NCBI GenBank assembly: GCA_037190965.1
Contig: JBBCKI010000010.1
Location: 62,229 to 126,228 of the forward strand
Length of the DNA: 64,000 nt
Reading direction: 5' to 3'
Source: Chthoniobacteraceae bacterium
GTDB lineage: Bacteria > Verrucomicrobiota > Verrucomicrobiia > Chthoniobacterales > Chthoniobacteraceae
Shown: in pieces, positions 50,425-58,617 of the stretch
Layout of the letters: each line of letters starts with the position of its first letter
How positions within the stretch are numbered: the first letter of the stretch is position 1
Position numbers and translations under genes: made by a program
The notes under the pieces: model-generated
What the model was told of the DNA's origin: nothing
What the model saw: only the letters and a program-made list of their open reading frames with translations
Database searches by the model: none

Positions 50425-51275
50425 GGCGTTACGCGATAGTTAGTGATGGGGATCACGCTTCTGAATACTCGTGCGCCCTTCTTGATGGGCGGGGGGAGGT
50501 TGCTAAGAAAAGAATCGACGTCGTCATCCATGAGGGAAGCATCGTTTCCGGTCGTGGGGGTGGGGAGCGTGATGACCGCGTCAATCGTTTTTTGGTCGAC
50601 GATCACCAGGACGACTTCCAGCGCTTTGGGGAGGTGGGCCTTGCTGCCGCCTTGAAGCGGCGGAGTGCGGGATGACCATTGGTAGAACGGCTGGTCCTTG
50701 TCATCAATCGCCCGAATCCAGAGGGCTAACGCGCCTTCAATGAGTAACCCTGGGTAGTTCGGAGCGACGGCGGAAGCCTTGGCGTCCAGGACGAGGGTTT
50801 TATCCAGCCATGCGGCGCTTGATTCCACAAGGTAGGCGGGGTCCGATGAATCGACTTGGAGACGGCACAACGTGCTTCGCGGGGGAGTCGAGGTGGTGTC
50901 CCTCCGAATGAAGTAACCCACGGTCGCGATGTCGCCGTTCGACAGTTCGGAGGCTACGGGTGCCTGCCAGAAGACGGAATGCGGGTTTTGCAGATCGGCG
51001 GTGATCCCTTTTGCGGTACTGGGATTGAGAACGAACTCGAGGCTGTTCTGTGTGGTCGGAACCACTGGCAGCAGGGCACCTGCGAGGTCTCGGCGCATCA
51101 TGTCGAAAACGATGCCGACCTTGTCAATGCGGTCGGCATCGGCCCGGGCCAATTGACCCAGCGCGTTGCTCTGCGAGATGGCTTGGAAGAAGAACCCGAC
51201 GAGGACAGAGAGGATGGCGGTTGCCACCAGGATCTCCACCAGGGTGAACCCTCGCTCTTTACGGGTGTTAATCAT
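50421..51275 (-). CDS. Verru_Chthon cassette protein C-like (PilW/GspJ-like prepilin)
   Basis: Class III signal RG|FTLVEILVA; H..FWQAP, .VGYF, LP..LEV....D. Confidence 0.8.
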   Translation of the reverse strand: MINTRKERGFTLVEILVATAILSVLVGFFFQAISQSNALGQLARADADRIDKVGIVFDMMRRDLAGALLPVVPTTQNSLEFVLNPSTAKGITADLQNPHSVFWQAPVASELSNGDIATVGYFIRRDTTSTPPRSTLCRLQVDSSDPAYLVESSAAWLDKTLVLDAKASAVAPNYPGLLIEGALALWIRAIDDKDQPFYQWSSRTPPLQGGSKAHLPKALEVVLVIVDQKTIDAVITLPTPTTGNDASLMDDDVDSFLSNLPPPIKKGARVFRSVIPITNYRVTP

Positions 51276-51711
51276 ATTTGCTAAGCAGCAGAGGAATCAC
51301 GAGTTTGTCTTTGGAGGTTTTCATTCCCATCTCCAGTCGGATGGTCTTTTTGTAGGGGGAACTGCCGGTGGGAGTCCCCGGAAGATCTCCGACGACTTCG
51401 GTTGCTTTACAGGTGTAGATGGCGTCGGTCGAAGTGCTGGCCACGGTCTTCCCATCGGTATCGAAATAGAATTCTTGGGCGGCGAGGGCGGAAGTGTTCC
51501 ACGCGGCGGCCTTCAGTTTCGTTGCGACTTCCTCGGCGAGATTGATCCAGATGACATCGCGTTTGGACTCCCGGGTTTGATCGAGAGTCAGCACGCTCAG
51601 GCCGAGAACGGCGATCACGCAGAAACTGACGATCCCGAGAGCGAGAGTGATTTCGACAAGGCTGAAGCCCCGGTTTGCATTGACGCGTGGTGGTGCAAGC
51701 ATGGCGATCAC
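51268..51711 (-). CDS. Verru_Chthon cassette protein B-like (PilV/GspI-like prepilin)
   Basis: RG|FSLVEITLALGIVSFC...LGL; FYFD.DG. Confidence 0.8.
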   Translation of the reverse strand: MIAMLAPPRVNANRGFSLVEITLALGIVSFCVIAVLGLSVLTLDQTRESKRDVIWINLAEEVATKLKAAAWNTSALAAQEFYFDTDGKTVASTSTDAIYTCKATEVVGDLPGTPTGSSPYKKTIRLEMGMKTSKDKLVIPLLLSKYD

Positions 51712-52391
51712 GGTTGGGAGAACTTCACCTGGCCGGTGGTCCCAATTAGCGAGAGGGTGATATAGTTGGTGGAGGCGCTTGCGCTGTTCTTGAGAATCGC
51801 GCCGTTTTCTAATAGCCCCGGGACGATCTTGAACGTGACGGTGGCCGGGCTCATCAGGCGTCCGTTCGGTTGAAAGACGTGGTAGTGATAGTCATTAGTG
51901 GTCGTCTGCATGACACGGATTTGCGCAGGCAGGGCAGGGGAGGGAAGTAGGAGGGGCGTGTCGAAGAAGGTGCTCGCAGCGTCATCAACCAGGACCCCTT
52001 CCGGAATCTGACGCCACACGGTGATCTGCTTCCAGTCATTCGAGGTGCGCGGAGCGCCATCCTCGGCGGCGCGGAGTTCGAATAGCGCGATCGAGCGAAG
52101 GCCGCGCTTCTCGGGCGCATTTTTTCCGAGGACAACGATAGCGGTGAGAACATTCTGCCCCAGCGAGTTCTGACGGGCCAGGGTTGTCATTCCCGAAATA
52201 AGATCGGCCGCCGTTTGAAGCTTTCGCGACTCGCTGGGTCCCTTGATCGCGGGGATCGTCAGGGCCATCAAGCCGGCCATGATGGCAATGACCGCCAACA
52301 GTTCCACTAACGTAAATGCCCGCCGCCCGGCACTGCGGTTTTGGAGGAAACCGCGTGCCGAAGCGACGTAAGAGAGCGGGATTGCATCCAT
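51708..52391 (-). CDS. Verru_Chthon cassette protein D-like (FimU/GspH-like prepilin)
   Basis: RA|FTLVELLAVIAIM; ARQ..L..N, F.P.G, N......TG pattern. Confidence 0.8.
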   Translation of the reverse strand: MDAIPLSYVASARGFLQNRSAGRRAFTLVELLAVIAIMAGLMALTIPAIKGPSESRKLQTAADLISGMTTLARQNSLGQNVLTAIVVLGKNAPEKRGLRSIALFELRAAEDGAPRTSNDWKQITVWRQIPEGVLVDDAASTFFDTPLLLPSPALPAQIRVMQTTTNDYHYHVFQPNGRLMSPATVTFKIVPGLLENGAILKNSASASTNYITLSLIGTTGQVKFSQP

Positions 52392-52432
52392 CGAGTTAAA
52401 GGGGGAAACGACGATTCAAGGGATCGAAGGCG

Positions 52433-53236
52433 TTACAGCGCTGGACGCCGCTTTCTCGTATAGACGAGGAGCGCGCCCGCACCCCCGCAGAGAAGCGCGA
52501 TGCTGGAGGGCTCGGGGATTACCTCAATATAGCCCGTTATTTCAAAGCCATCAATGGCCAGGTTGCTAGCTCCCGCTATCTGGAAACCGAAGCTGCGGGT
52601 GGCATTCACGCCATCCAACCAGAAATTTTCGGGATTCCAGGTGTATTGCTGATAATTCGGGGCTTTGGTCAGTGCGTTAAGGGCAGCTCCGCCGCCAACG
52701 GTTTTCTTGGCGTTGAAAACCGTGAAGACGTCTGTATGTCCCGCCGTTGTCTCCTTGAGTGCGATGGTCGGCGTCGCAGAGTCCGCAGTGGCGCTGTAGT
52801 AGGTGGCGTAAATTCTGACTGAGGTAATGACGAGCCTGATCTGAACATCATCCAGCGTCACACCGGGGCCAAGGAGGGTTGGGTCTCCGACCCATGAAGC
52901 GCCAATTGAGATGCTGAAGTTATCGGTTTTCCCCGAATAATTGGCGGAGCCATCAGGTGTGCTGATAAGGGTGCTTCCATCGAAATTTGGGCCAAAACCA
53001 GAATAGAATCCTCCGCCAATAGTCGGTTGAAACGTAAAGCCGCCATTCGTCGTAGCGCCGCTCGTCTTTAGTGCCCAGGTATTGGTGGCGGAGTTGGTCT
53101 GCGCCCCGTAACCGAAGGAGAAGTTCTGACTTTGCAGGACGGCGGCCTCCGCGGTCGGGGCAAAGGTGACAACGGCAGCGGCAAACAGGGAACCGATGAG
53201 CTTGGTTGAGCTTTCGAGTCTAATTGGTGTTTTCAT
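52433..53236 (-). CDS. PEP-CTERM sorting domain protein
   Basis: Signal peptide ending AEA; C-terminal IPEPSS + TM + RKRR. Confidence 0.9.
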   Translation of the reverse strand: MKTPIRLESSTKLIGSLFAAAVVTFAPTAEAAVLQSQNFSFGYGAQTNSATNTWALKTSGATTNGGFTFQPTIGGGFYSGFGPNFDGSTLISTPDGSANYSGKTDNFSISIGASWVGDPTLLGPGVTLDDVQIRLVITSVRIYATYYSATADSATPTIALKETTAGHTDVFTVFNAKKTVGGGAALNALTKAPNYQQYTWNPENFWLDGVNATRSFGFQIAGASNLAIDGFEITGYIEVIPEPSSIALLCGGAGALLVYTRKRRPAL

Positions 53237-53266
53237 TGGTCTGTGGGGGTTGATCTTTGGAGCGGT

Positions 53267-55033
53267 CTATTTTTTAGAGAGGGTGGCTTCGATCGCGGTC
53301 AGGCTGTCGAAGGCTTCGAGAACCTTTTTATGGTGGGCCTCATATGCAGCGCTCTCCCGGTTGAAGTCGCGCAGGTTGGGGACCAGGTGATTGACATTGA
53401 GTGCGCTCTTCGCATCGGCCAGCGTGGCTGCTTGTTCGGCGCTCAGGTTGCACTGGCTGAGTTTCTTTACCTTTTCGTCAAGGAGGTAGAGAAGGTCATG
53501 GTCTTCGAAGCCGTCCCGGAGGAGAGCGGCGCGGATCGAAGCAACCGGGACGGCATAGTTTTTCAGGTCGGGGTAGAAGAGGACGCCTTCGCCGACGTGG
53601 GTGTTGGAGGGGCTCATGTAGCCGCCGCGATCACGCCATGAAGTGATGTTCCAATAAAGGAAGCCGTCCAGACGGTTACGCCACGCCAGCGGGCCGAAGC
53701 ACCGCTGCGACGCTCCGGAGCGGTCAATAGGAGCGACATCGGGATAGGCGTGGGTGTGCTCGTGGAAGGTGCGCGTCTCGCAGATATAGGTCCAAGCTTC
53801 TTCGCCCTTCTTTTGGCGCTCCACGAGGAATTCCTCATAGCCGGGGTCGAGGTGGAGGCTTGGGAGATGTGGCACCCAGTTGAAGAGGGGATAGTCACGG
53901 GCCAGCGACCGCTCACGGCAATCGGTTGTCACCATGAACAGGGGGATGTTCGGGGCGTTCTGGTGGACGAAATTTCCGAGATCGCTAATGATCTTTGCGT
54001 TTTCCGGTTCGATGCTGGGTTCGTCGAAGGACTTAAAGGCAAAACGTTTTGTCCATCCGTTCTCCACAAGGTGGGCGTTCAATAGCTGGAGGATCTGCGC
54101 CTGGTCGTCCTCGGTGAGGTCCTGCCTCCAGCGGTGTTGGACCTTCTTGAGAACACGCGTCTCCGGGTCGGGTTGATACCAGTCCAGAGGAAGATAGGAG
54201 ATGTTGAATTGATTCCAGCCCTCTTCCAGCTTCTGTGCAATTTCCTTGTCGAAGGCGCTCCAATCGGCCTCCCATTTTCCGGCACTATTTCTGGTGACGG
54301 AATTTTTGAGAGACCGCACCAACCCGCCGATATCTGTGTTGGTGGGGTTCAAGCGATACCGAAGCATCTCGCGTAGAAGGGCAGTTTCCTTCTCCTGGTT
54401 CCATCGGCTTCCGTAGAACTCAGGCTTGTCGATCTCCCAGTCTCCGTACCCAAATGAAGTTTTGAGAATCCCTTGCTTTGGAACAACGGCGGAGAAGACC
54501 TTGATGGAGACTTTGATCTCCTGGGGGGCCTTGCTCCCCGTGTGAACCAGGATGCGCCCTTCATAGAGACCGGGAACGGCGTCGCGGGGAACCCAGACAG
54601 TGTACCAGACAGACTGTGAGGCTCCCTTCTTAACGTTGAAGGAATCCAGCGGGAGGAGAATATCGGGGTAGTCGCCTTTCTCGCCGAAGCCATCTTTAGA
54701 AGGGTGGTTGACCGGGACGTAGCCGACGAGGTTGACTTCCGGCCTCAATTCGTGGCCCTTGTCGGATTTTAGGTCGGTTGCCTCCACGGTGACCCCTGCA
54801 AGCTCGCCATCCAGCGCCGAGATGATAATCTGGCTGCTCTCCGCATCTCCCCGGGCGGCGAAGAGCTCCAGCCTGCTTGATGCGACGGCTGGTTGCTGGT
54901 CGCTTCTGAACTTGTCCATGGATGAGATCACGGAGACCCGGCTGGTCTCTTTTGCATGGAGAGGAGGAGAGGCGGGGCTGTTGCCGGCAATGGCCGCACT
55001 GGCCAGGATCGGCAGGAGGGAAGGGCGAATCAT
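53267..55033 (-). CDS. Secreted DUF4091 / GH123-like glycoside hydrolase
   Basis: Signal peptide; AARG..ES.Q, PD.L, W..VWVP.DA.PG.Y.G, FDEP, GFLYW, GEG.LFYP, SIR...LRDG.ED. Confidence 0.8.
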   Translation of the reverse strand: MIRPSLLPILASAAIAGNSPASPPLHAKETSRVSVISSMDKFRSDQQPAVASSRLELFAARGDAESSQIIISALDGELAGVTVEATDLKSDKGHELRPEVNLVGYVPVNHPSKDGFGEKGDYPDILLPLDSFNVKKGASQSVWYTVWVPRDAVPGLYEGRILVHTGSKAPQEIKVSIKVFSAVVPKQGILKTSFGYGDWEIDKPEFYGSRWNQEKETALLREMLRYRLNPTNTDIGGLVRSLKNSVTRNSAGKWEADWSAFDKEIAQKLEEGWNQFNISYLPLDWYQPDPETRVLKKVQHRWRQDLTEDDQAQILQLLNAHLVENGWTKRFAFKSFDEPSIEPENAKIISDLGNFVHQNAPNIPLFMVTTDCRERSLARDYPLFNWVPHLPSLHLDPGYEEFLVERQKKGEEAWTYICETRTFHEHTHAYPDVAPIDRSGASQRCFGPLAWRNRLDGFLYWNITSWRDRGGYMSPSNTHVGEGVLFYPDLKNYAVPVASIRAALLRDGFEDHDLLYLLDEKVKKLSQCNLSAEQAATLADAKSALNVNHLVPNLRDFNRESAAYEAHHKKVLEAFDSLTAIEATLSKK

Positions 55034-55098
55034 AAACAGAGATGCGATCGGGGAAGGGCGATGAGGCGGCAGTGAAGTTGCTTTTCAGGCTACCGTCT

Positions 55099-56196
55099 CT
55101 AGGGGAGGCTCCAGTTCACAAGGCCGGTGTGGTAGGATTCCAGGCCCTGTCCCAGGGAAGGGGATTTTTGTGCATAGAACGCTGTCAGAATGCTGCCGTC
55201 GGAGAGCTGAACGCTGTAGGGATAGCCGCCATCGCCTTTGTAGGAAGAGATTTCGAGAGCCGCTCCCCACGAAGCTCCGTTATCCTCGCTCAAACGAGCA
55301 ACGATGGCTCCGTAGGTGCGGATGCTGTAGCTAAGAAGAAGGCGGCCATCCTTGAGTTTGATGAGGCTGGCAGGGTGTTCGTTCCTTTGTGTGACGAGCC
55401 CTTCGTCGACCCAGGTGCTGCCGTCATCGGTGGAGCGGAACTGGCGCAGTTCTCCGCTATTGGGGGAGTCTGCAGGTGCGGTGCGCGCCATCGCGATCCA
55501 CTCGTTGTCGCCCAGGCGAATCAAGATGGTTTCATTCAGGGATTCGCCAATCTTGCTTTGAATGCCCCATGTTTTGCCGCCGTCGCGGCTGCTGAGCATA
55601 TACGATGAGGTGGGCCGATCGGAGGCTTCTCTATGGTAGGCGGCGAAACGCACCGAGCCATCGTGCGCCTGGATCACTGGGCCGAATGGGATGATGGTTT
55701 CCAGCGGTTGCAAGCCCGGATCGAGATCGGCTATCTTACTCCACGACTTGCCGCCGTCGGTCGATGCGCAGACGACTGAGGGAATGAGTGTCCACTTCTC
55801 GGTACTATTGATACCTTGTTTCGTATAACCGCTGATTGCTGCCACGAGGCGGGTGCCGTTGTCAACGAGGCCGATGGCGTGGTTCATCCGATTCGAGACT
55901 TCGTCCGGGCGAGGCTCGATGCTGGCGGAGCGGGTCCACGTCTTGCCTTCATCTTTGCTGATCCAGCCGTCCACCTCTCCTGCGATGGCACCATGTTTCG
56001 GTTTATTAAAGGAAGAGAGGAAAAGTGTGTTATTCGGGCCGTGGATCAGGTTCGGCCAGAGTCCTTCATTCTCGATAACTGCTTTTTGGGACTCGACGGG
56101 AATCGGTCGCGGTGCTCCGGGGGCGACTTCGACGGCCAGACTGGCCATGATGGGAAGCGCGAGGCTTAAGACAAGGGCGGGGAGGATGTTCTTCAT
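55099..56196 (-). CDS. Secreted BNR/Asp-box sialidase-like beta-propeller
   Basis: Signal peptide; five Asp-boxes (SKDEGKTW, STDGGKSW, SRDGGKTW, STDDGSTW, SEDNGASW); NE and DGGYP. Confidence 0.8.
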   Translation of the reverse strand: MKNILPALVLSLALPIMASLAVEVAPGAPRPIPVESQKAVIENEGLWPNLIHGPNNTLFLSSFNKPKHGAIAGEVDGWISKDEGKTWTRSASIEPRPDEVSNRMNHAIGLVDNGTRLVAAISGYTKQGINSTEKWTLIPSVVCASTDGGKSWSKIADLDPGLQPLETIIPFGPVIQAHDGSVRFAAYHREASDRPTSSYMLSSRDGGKTWGIQSKIGESLNETILIRLGDNEWIAMARTAPADSPNSGELRQFRSTDDGSTWVDEGLVTQRNEHPASLIKLKDGRLLLSYSIRTYGAIVARLSEDNGASWGAALEISSYKGDGGYPYSVQLSDGSILTAFYAQKSPSLGQGLESYHTGLVNWSLP

Positions 56197-56271
56197 ATTG
56201 GGGCGCGGGGGAGGGTTTGCTGAGTGGGGGATGGACGCTCTTTCGAGAAGAGGGGGAGAACGTGTTGAGAG

Positions 56272-57390
56272 TCAGAGGCTTAAATTGCGACTTCGTGAGG
56301 TGGAACTCCGGGCCTGTCTTGGTTTGGGCATCGAATTTCGCCAGATGATTTCGCAGGGAAATACGTGGCCCTCCGAGTCGAGTCTGGTACCCTCGATCTG
56401 GATGATGAGAAGCTCCATTGCCTTCTTACACATTGTCGCCACCGGGAAGGCGACAGTGGTAAGAGGCACGCTTCCCTCGGTGGTATAGGCAAGATTGTCA
56501 AATCCGCTGAGGGCGACCTGCTTGGGAATATCGATCTTGTTTCGGAGGTAGTATGTCAGCGCTCCGATGGCGTAAGTGTCGTTCCCCAAAATAAAGGCAT
56601 CCACCATCGTCCCAACTCGCTCCGCGGCTCGATGGCCCAGTTGAAAGGGTTCAAAGTGGCCGCTCGGGTGGGAGTCCTTCAGGATCACCGCCGGAGCGCA
56701 GAGGCTTCCGGGCTTCAGGTCGTTCAAATCGAACGTTTGCGGGACGGTACGACCCGCCGCTTTAAGGGCGTTGATAAATCCCGACACGCGCTCTCTGACC
56801 TGCCAAAGTTCGGGTGTTTCGTCCCGAACGAGCAGGGCAATGCGCTCGCGGCCGTTGCTGATGCAGGAAGTTGTCAGGTCGAAAATGGCACCCGCGACAT
56901 CGTGGCGGACACAAGGTGTTTCGGGGAGTTCGAGATCCAAAGTCACAAGGGGGATTCTGGCCCGGTTCAAGCGAGAGAAATCCATCTCTGCTTGTGGGTT
57001 TCCCGAGATAATGACCCCCTCCGGTCTCATGGCAATGACCTGGTCAATGATGCGATTCCCTTTCATGACCCACCAAAAGGCGTCAATGACCTGGTAGTCA
57101 TAGCCCAGCTCATGGGCAAGCATGCCAACCTGGAAAGCCTGGCGATTGATCCATTCCGCCATCCCGCCCATGTTGAGGAAGACGATCAGGTTTGTTCGTG
57201 ACCCACGCATCGCCTGAGCGGCCCGATTGGGCTGATAGCCGAGTTCCTTCGCCTTCTCCTCGATCCGGCGCACCGTCTCTTTGTTCAGGTGCTTCCGGAG
57301 GGGGGACTTGTTGTTGCCAACGACCAGACCAACGGTCGATGGGCTAAGCCCCAGCGCCTTCGCGATGTCCGTTTGTGTTGCTCGTCGCAT
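56272..57390 (-). CDS. LacI family regulator (paralog 2)
   Basis: TQTDIAKALGLSPSTV HTH; strongly similar to 41464-42573 along its length. Confidence 0.92.
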   Translation of the reverse strand: MRRATQTDIAKALGLSPSTVGLVVGNNKSPLRKHLNKETVRRIEEKAKELGYQPNRAAQAMRGSRTNLIVFLNMGGMAEWINRQAFQVGMLAHELGYDYQVIDAFWWVMKGNRIIDQVIAMRPEGVIISGNPQAEMDFSRLNRARIPLVTLDLELPETPCVRHDVAGAIFDLTTSCISNGRERIALLVRDETPELWQVRERVSGFINALKAAGRTVPQTFDLNDLKPGSLCAPAVILKDSHPSGHFEPFQLGHRAAERVGTMVDAFILGNDTYAIGALTYYLRNKIDIPKQVALSGFDNLAYTTEGSVPLTTVAFPVATMCKKAMELLIIQIEGTRLDSEGHVFPCEIIWRNSMPKPRQARSSTSRSRNLSL

Positions 57391-57402
57391 CTATTACAAG
57401 GT

Positions 57403-57439
57403 CACAATAAACGCCTTGAATCGTCAAGGATTTATTGTG
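57403..57439. promoter_or_regulatory. Candidate operator/promoter of LacI paralog 2
   Basis: Nested inverted repeat CACAATAAA-CG-CCTTGA-ATCG-TCAAGG-A-TTTATTGTG. Confidence 0.55.
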
Positions 57440-57820
57440 GCGTTATAATAAGGAAAATCAGCGAGCCGAAGCCGCCGCCGCGAAAGCGGCAGGGCTTGTC
57501 GGCGGGGCAGAACCGGCCGGAGATGGATGCGCCTTCAAATGAACGCGTTGTCGTTTGTTATCGCGGGGCAGGTTTCTTTGATCCTTTGGTTGAGGATACC
57601 CCTAGCGGGGTCATTCTGTTTCTCCGGGGCTGCGGCCCATTTCCGAGCACCCAACGCTGAGAATCTGGAGCATGTGGCCTTTGTTTCTCGGAGCACCGCA
57701 AGCGCCACCACTCTCGCCTCGCTGGAGAGTTGCATAGATACGAGGCTGGCACGCGGTTGCTCTTTCTCCAGCAGCCTCTGAAGAACGCGGCTCGCGTGCC
57801 GCGGGCAAAGTTTACGAAAC

Positions 57821-58279
57821 CTACGTCCTGCGTCGGCGAGAGAGGGCAAGGAGTGCGGCGCCCGCGCTGGCGGTCAAGCCGCAGGGGGAGGGTTCCGGAA
57901 TAACGGTGAGATCCTGGTAACGGTGATTGCCGGCCCCGTCTAAAATATATATGCGGCCCGAGGCATCGGTGGTGAGGTAGGGTACGCCGTCTGACCCAGT
58001 CGACGTAGGATCCACCGGCAGCATAAAGGCGACGAGAAAATTGCCGTCTGCAGCGTAGGTGGAACCGCCGCCCCCGTCGTCGCCGAGGTAAACGTTTCCG
58101 TTCACGCCGATGGCGAATTGGATGTTGGCGGTTGTGACGCCGGGATTGAGAGCAAACTCTGAGACCTAGGCGAAGCCGTTTTGCGGGTCGAGGACCTGCA
58201 TGCGGTTGTTACCGTAGTCGAGCAGGTAAACGAGGCCGTTGGGCCCGTAGCTGTGGTAGTGCGTATCCAAGCTGAACTC
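57821..58279 (-). pseudogene. NHL-repeat-like PEP-CTERM gene remnant
   Basis: Frame reads YGPNGLVYLLDYGNNRMQVLDPQNGFA*VSEF...IPEPS + TM + RRRR, with an in-frame TAG at 58168-58166 and no signal peptide. Confidence 0.7.
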
Positions 58280-58617
58280 CTTCGGCCCGGAGAGACCCGC
58301 CCGCGTAGTCTTTTTTGGTTTCGCCGTCGCGGCGTTTGGATTCGACTATCTTCTGCTGGTTCCGGGCGAACGGCGGGCGGGACGTTCGAGCTATCGCGGA
58401 CTTGGCTCACGGCCGGAGCTCGCCATCAAGAAGTGGGGACATGAGGTGGAGCGAGTCTTTCGGTTGGGCTGAAATGAACAGATAGAAAGGGGAGACTCCA
58501 AGCTGTCGTAAACTCCTGAAAATCAACGGTGACTCAAAGGCCGTGTTTCGTTTTTTGGAGCAGAAGGATTTGAATCGTGCACGGTCTTTGTTCGACGAAA
58601 GACCACTTCAAGCCAGT

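Noticed and set aside
57740..57800. GAGGCTG...CAGCCTC inverted repeat resembling an IS end
   Set aside because: Too short, single copy, and no transposase nearby.
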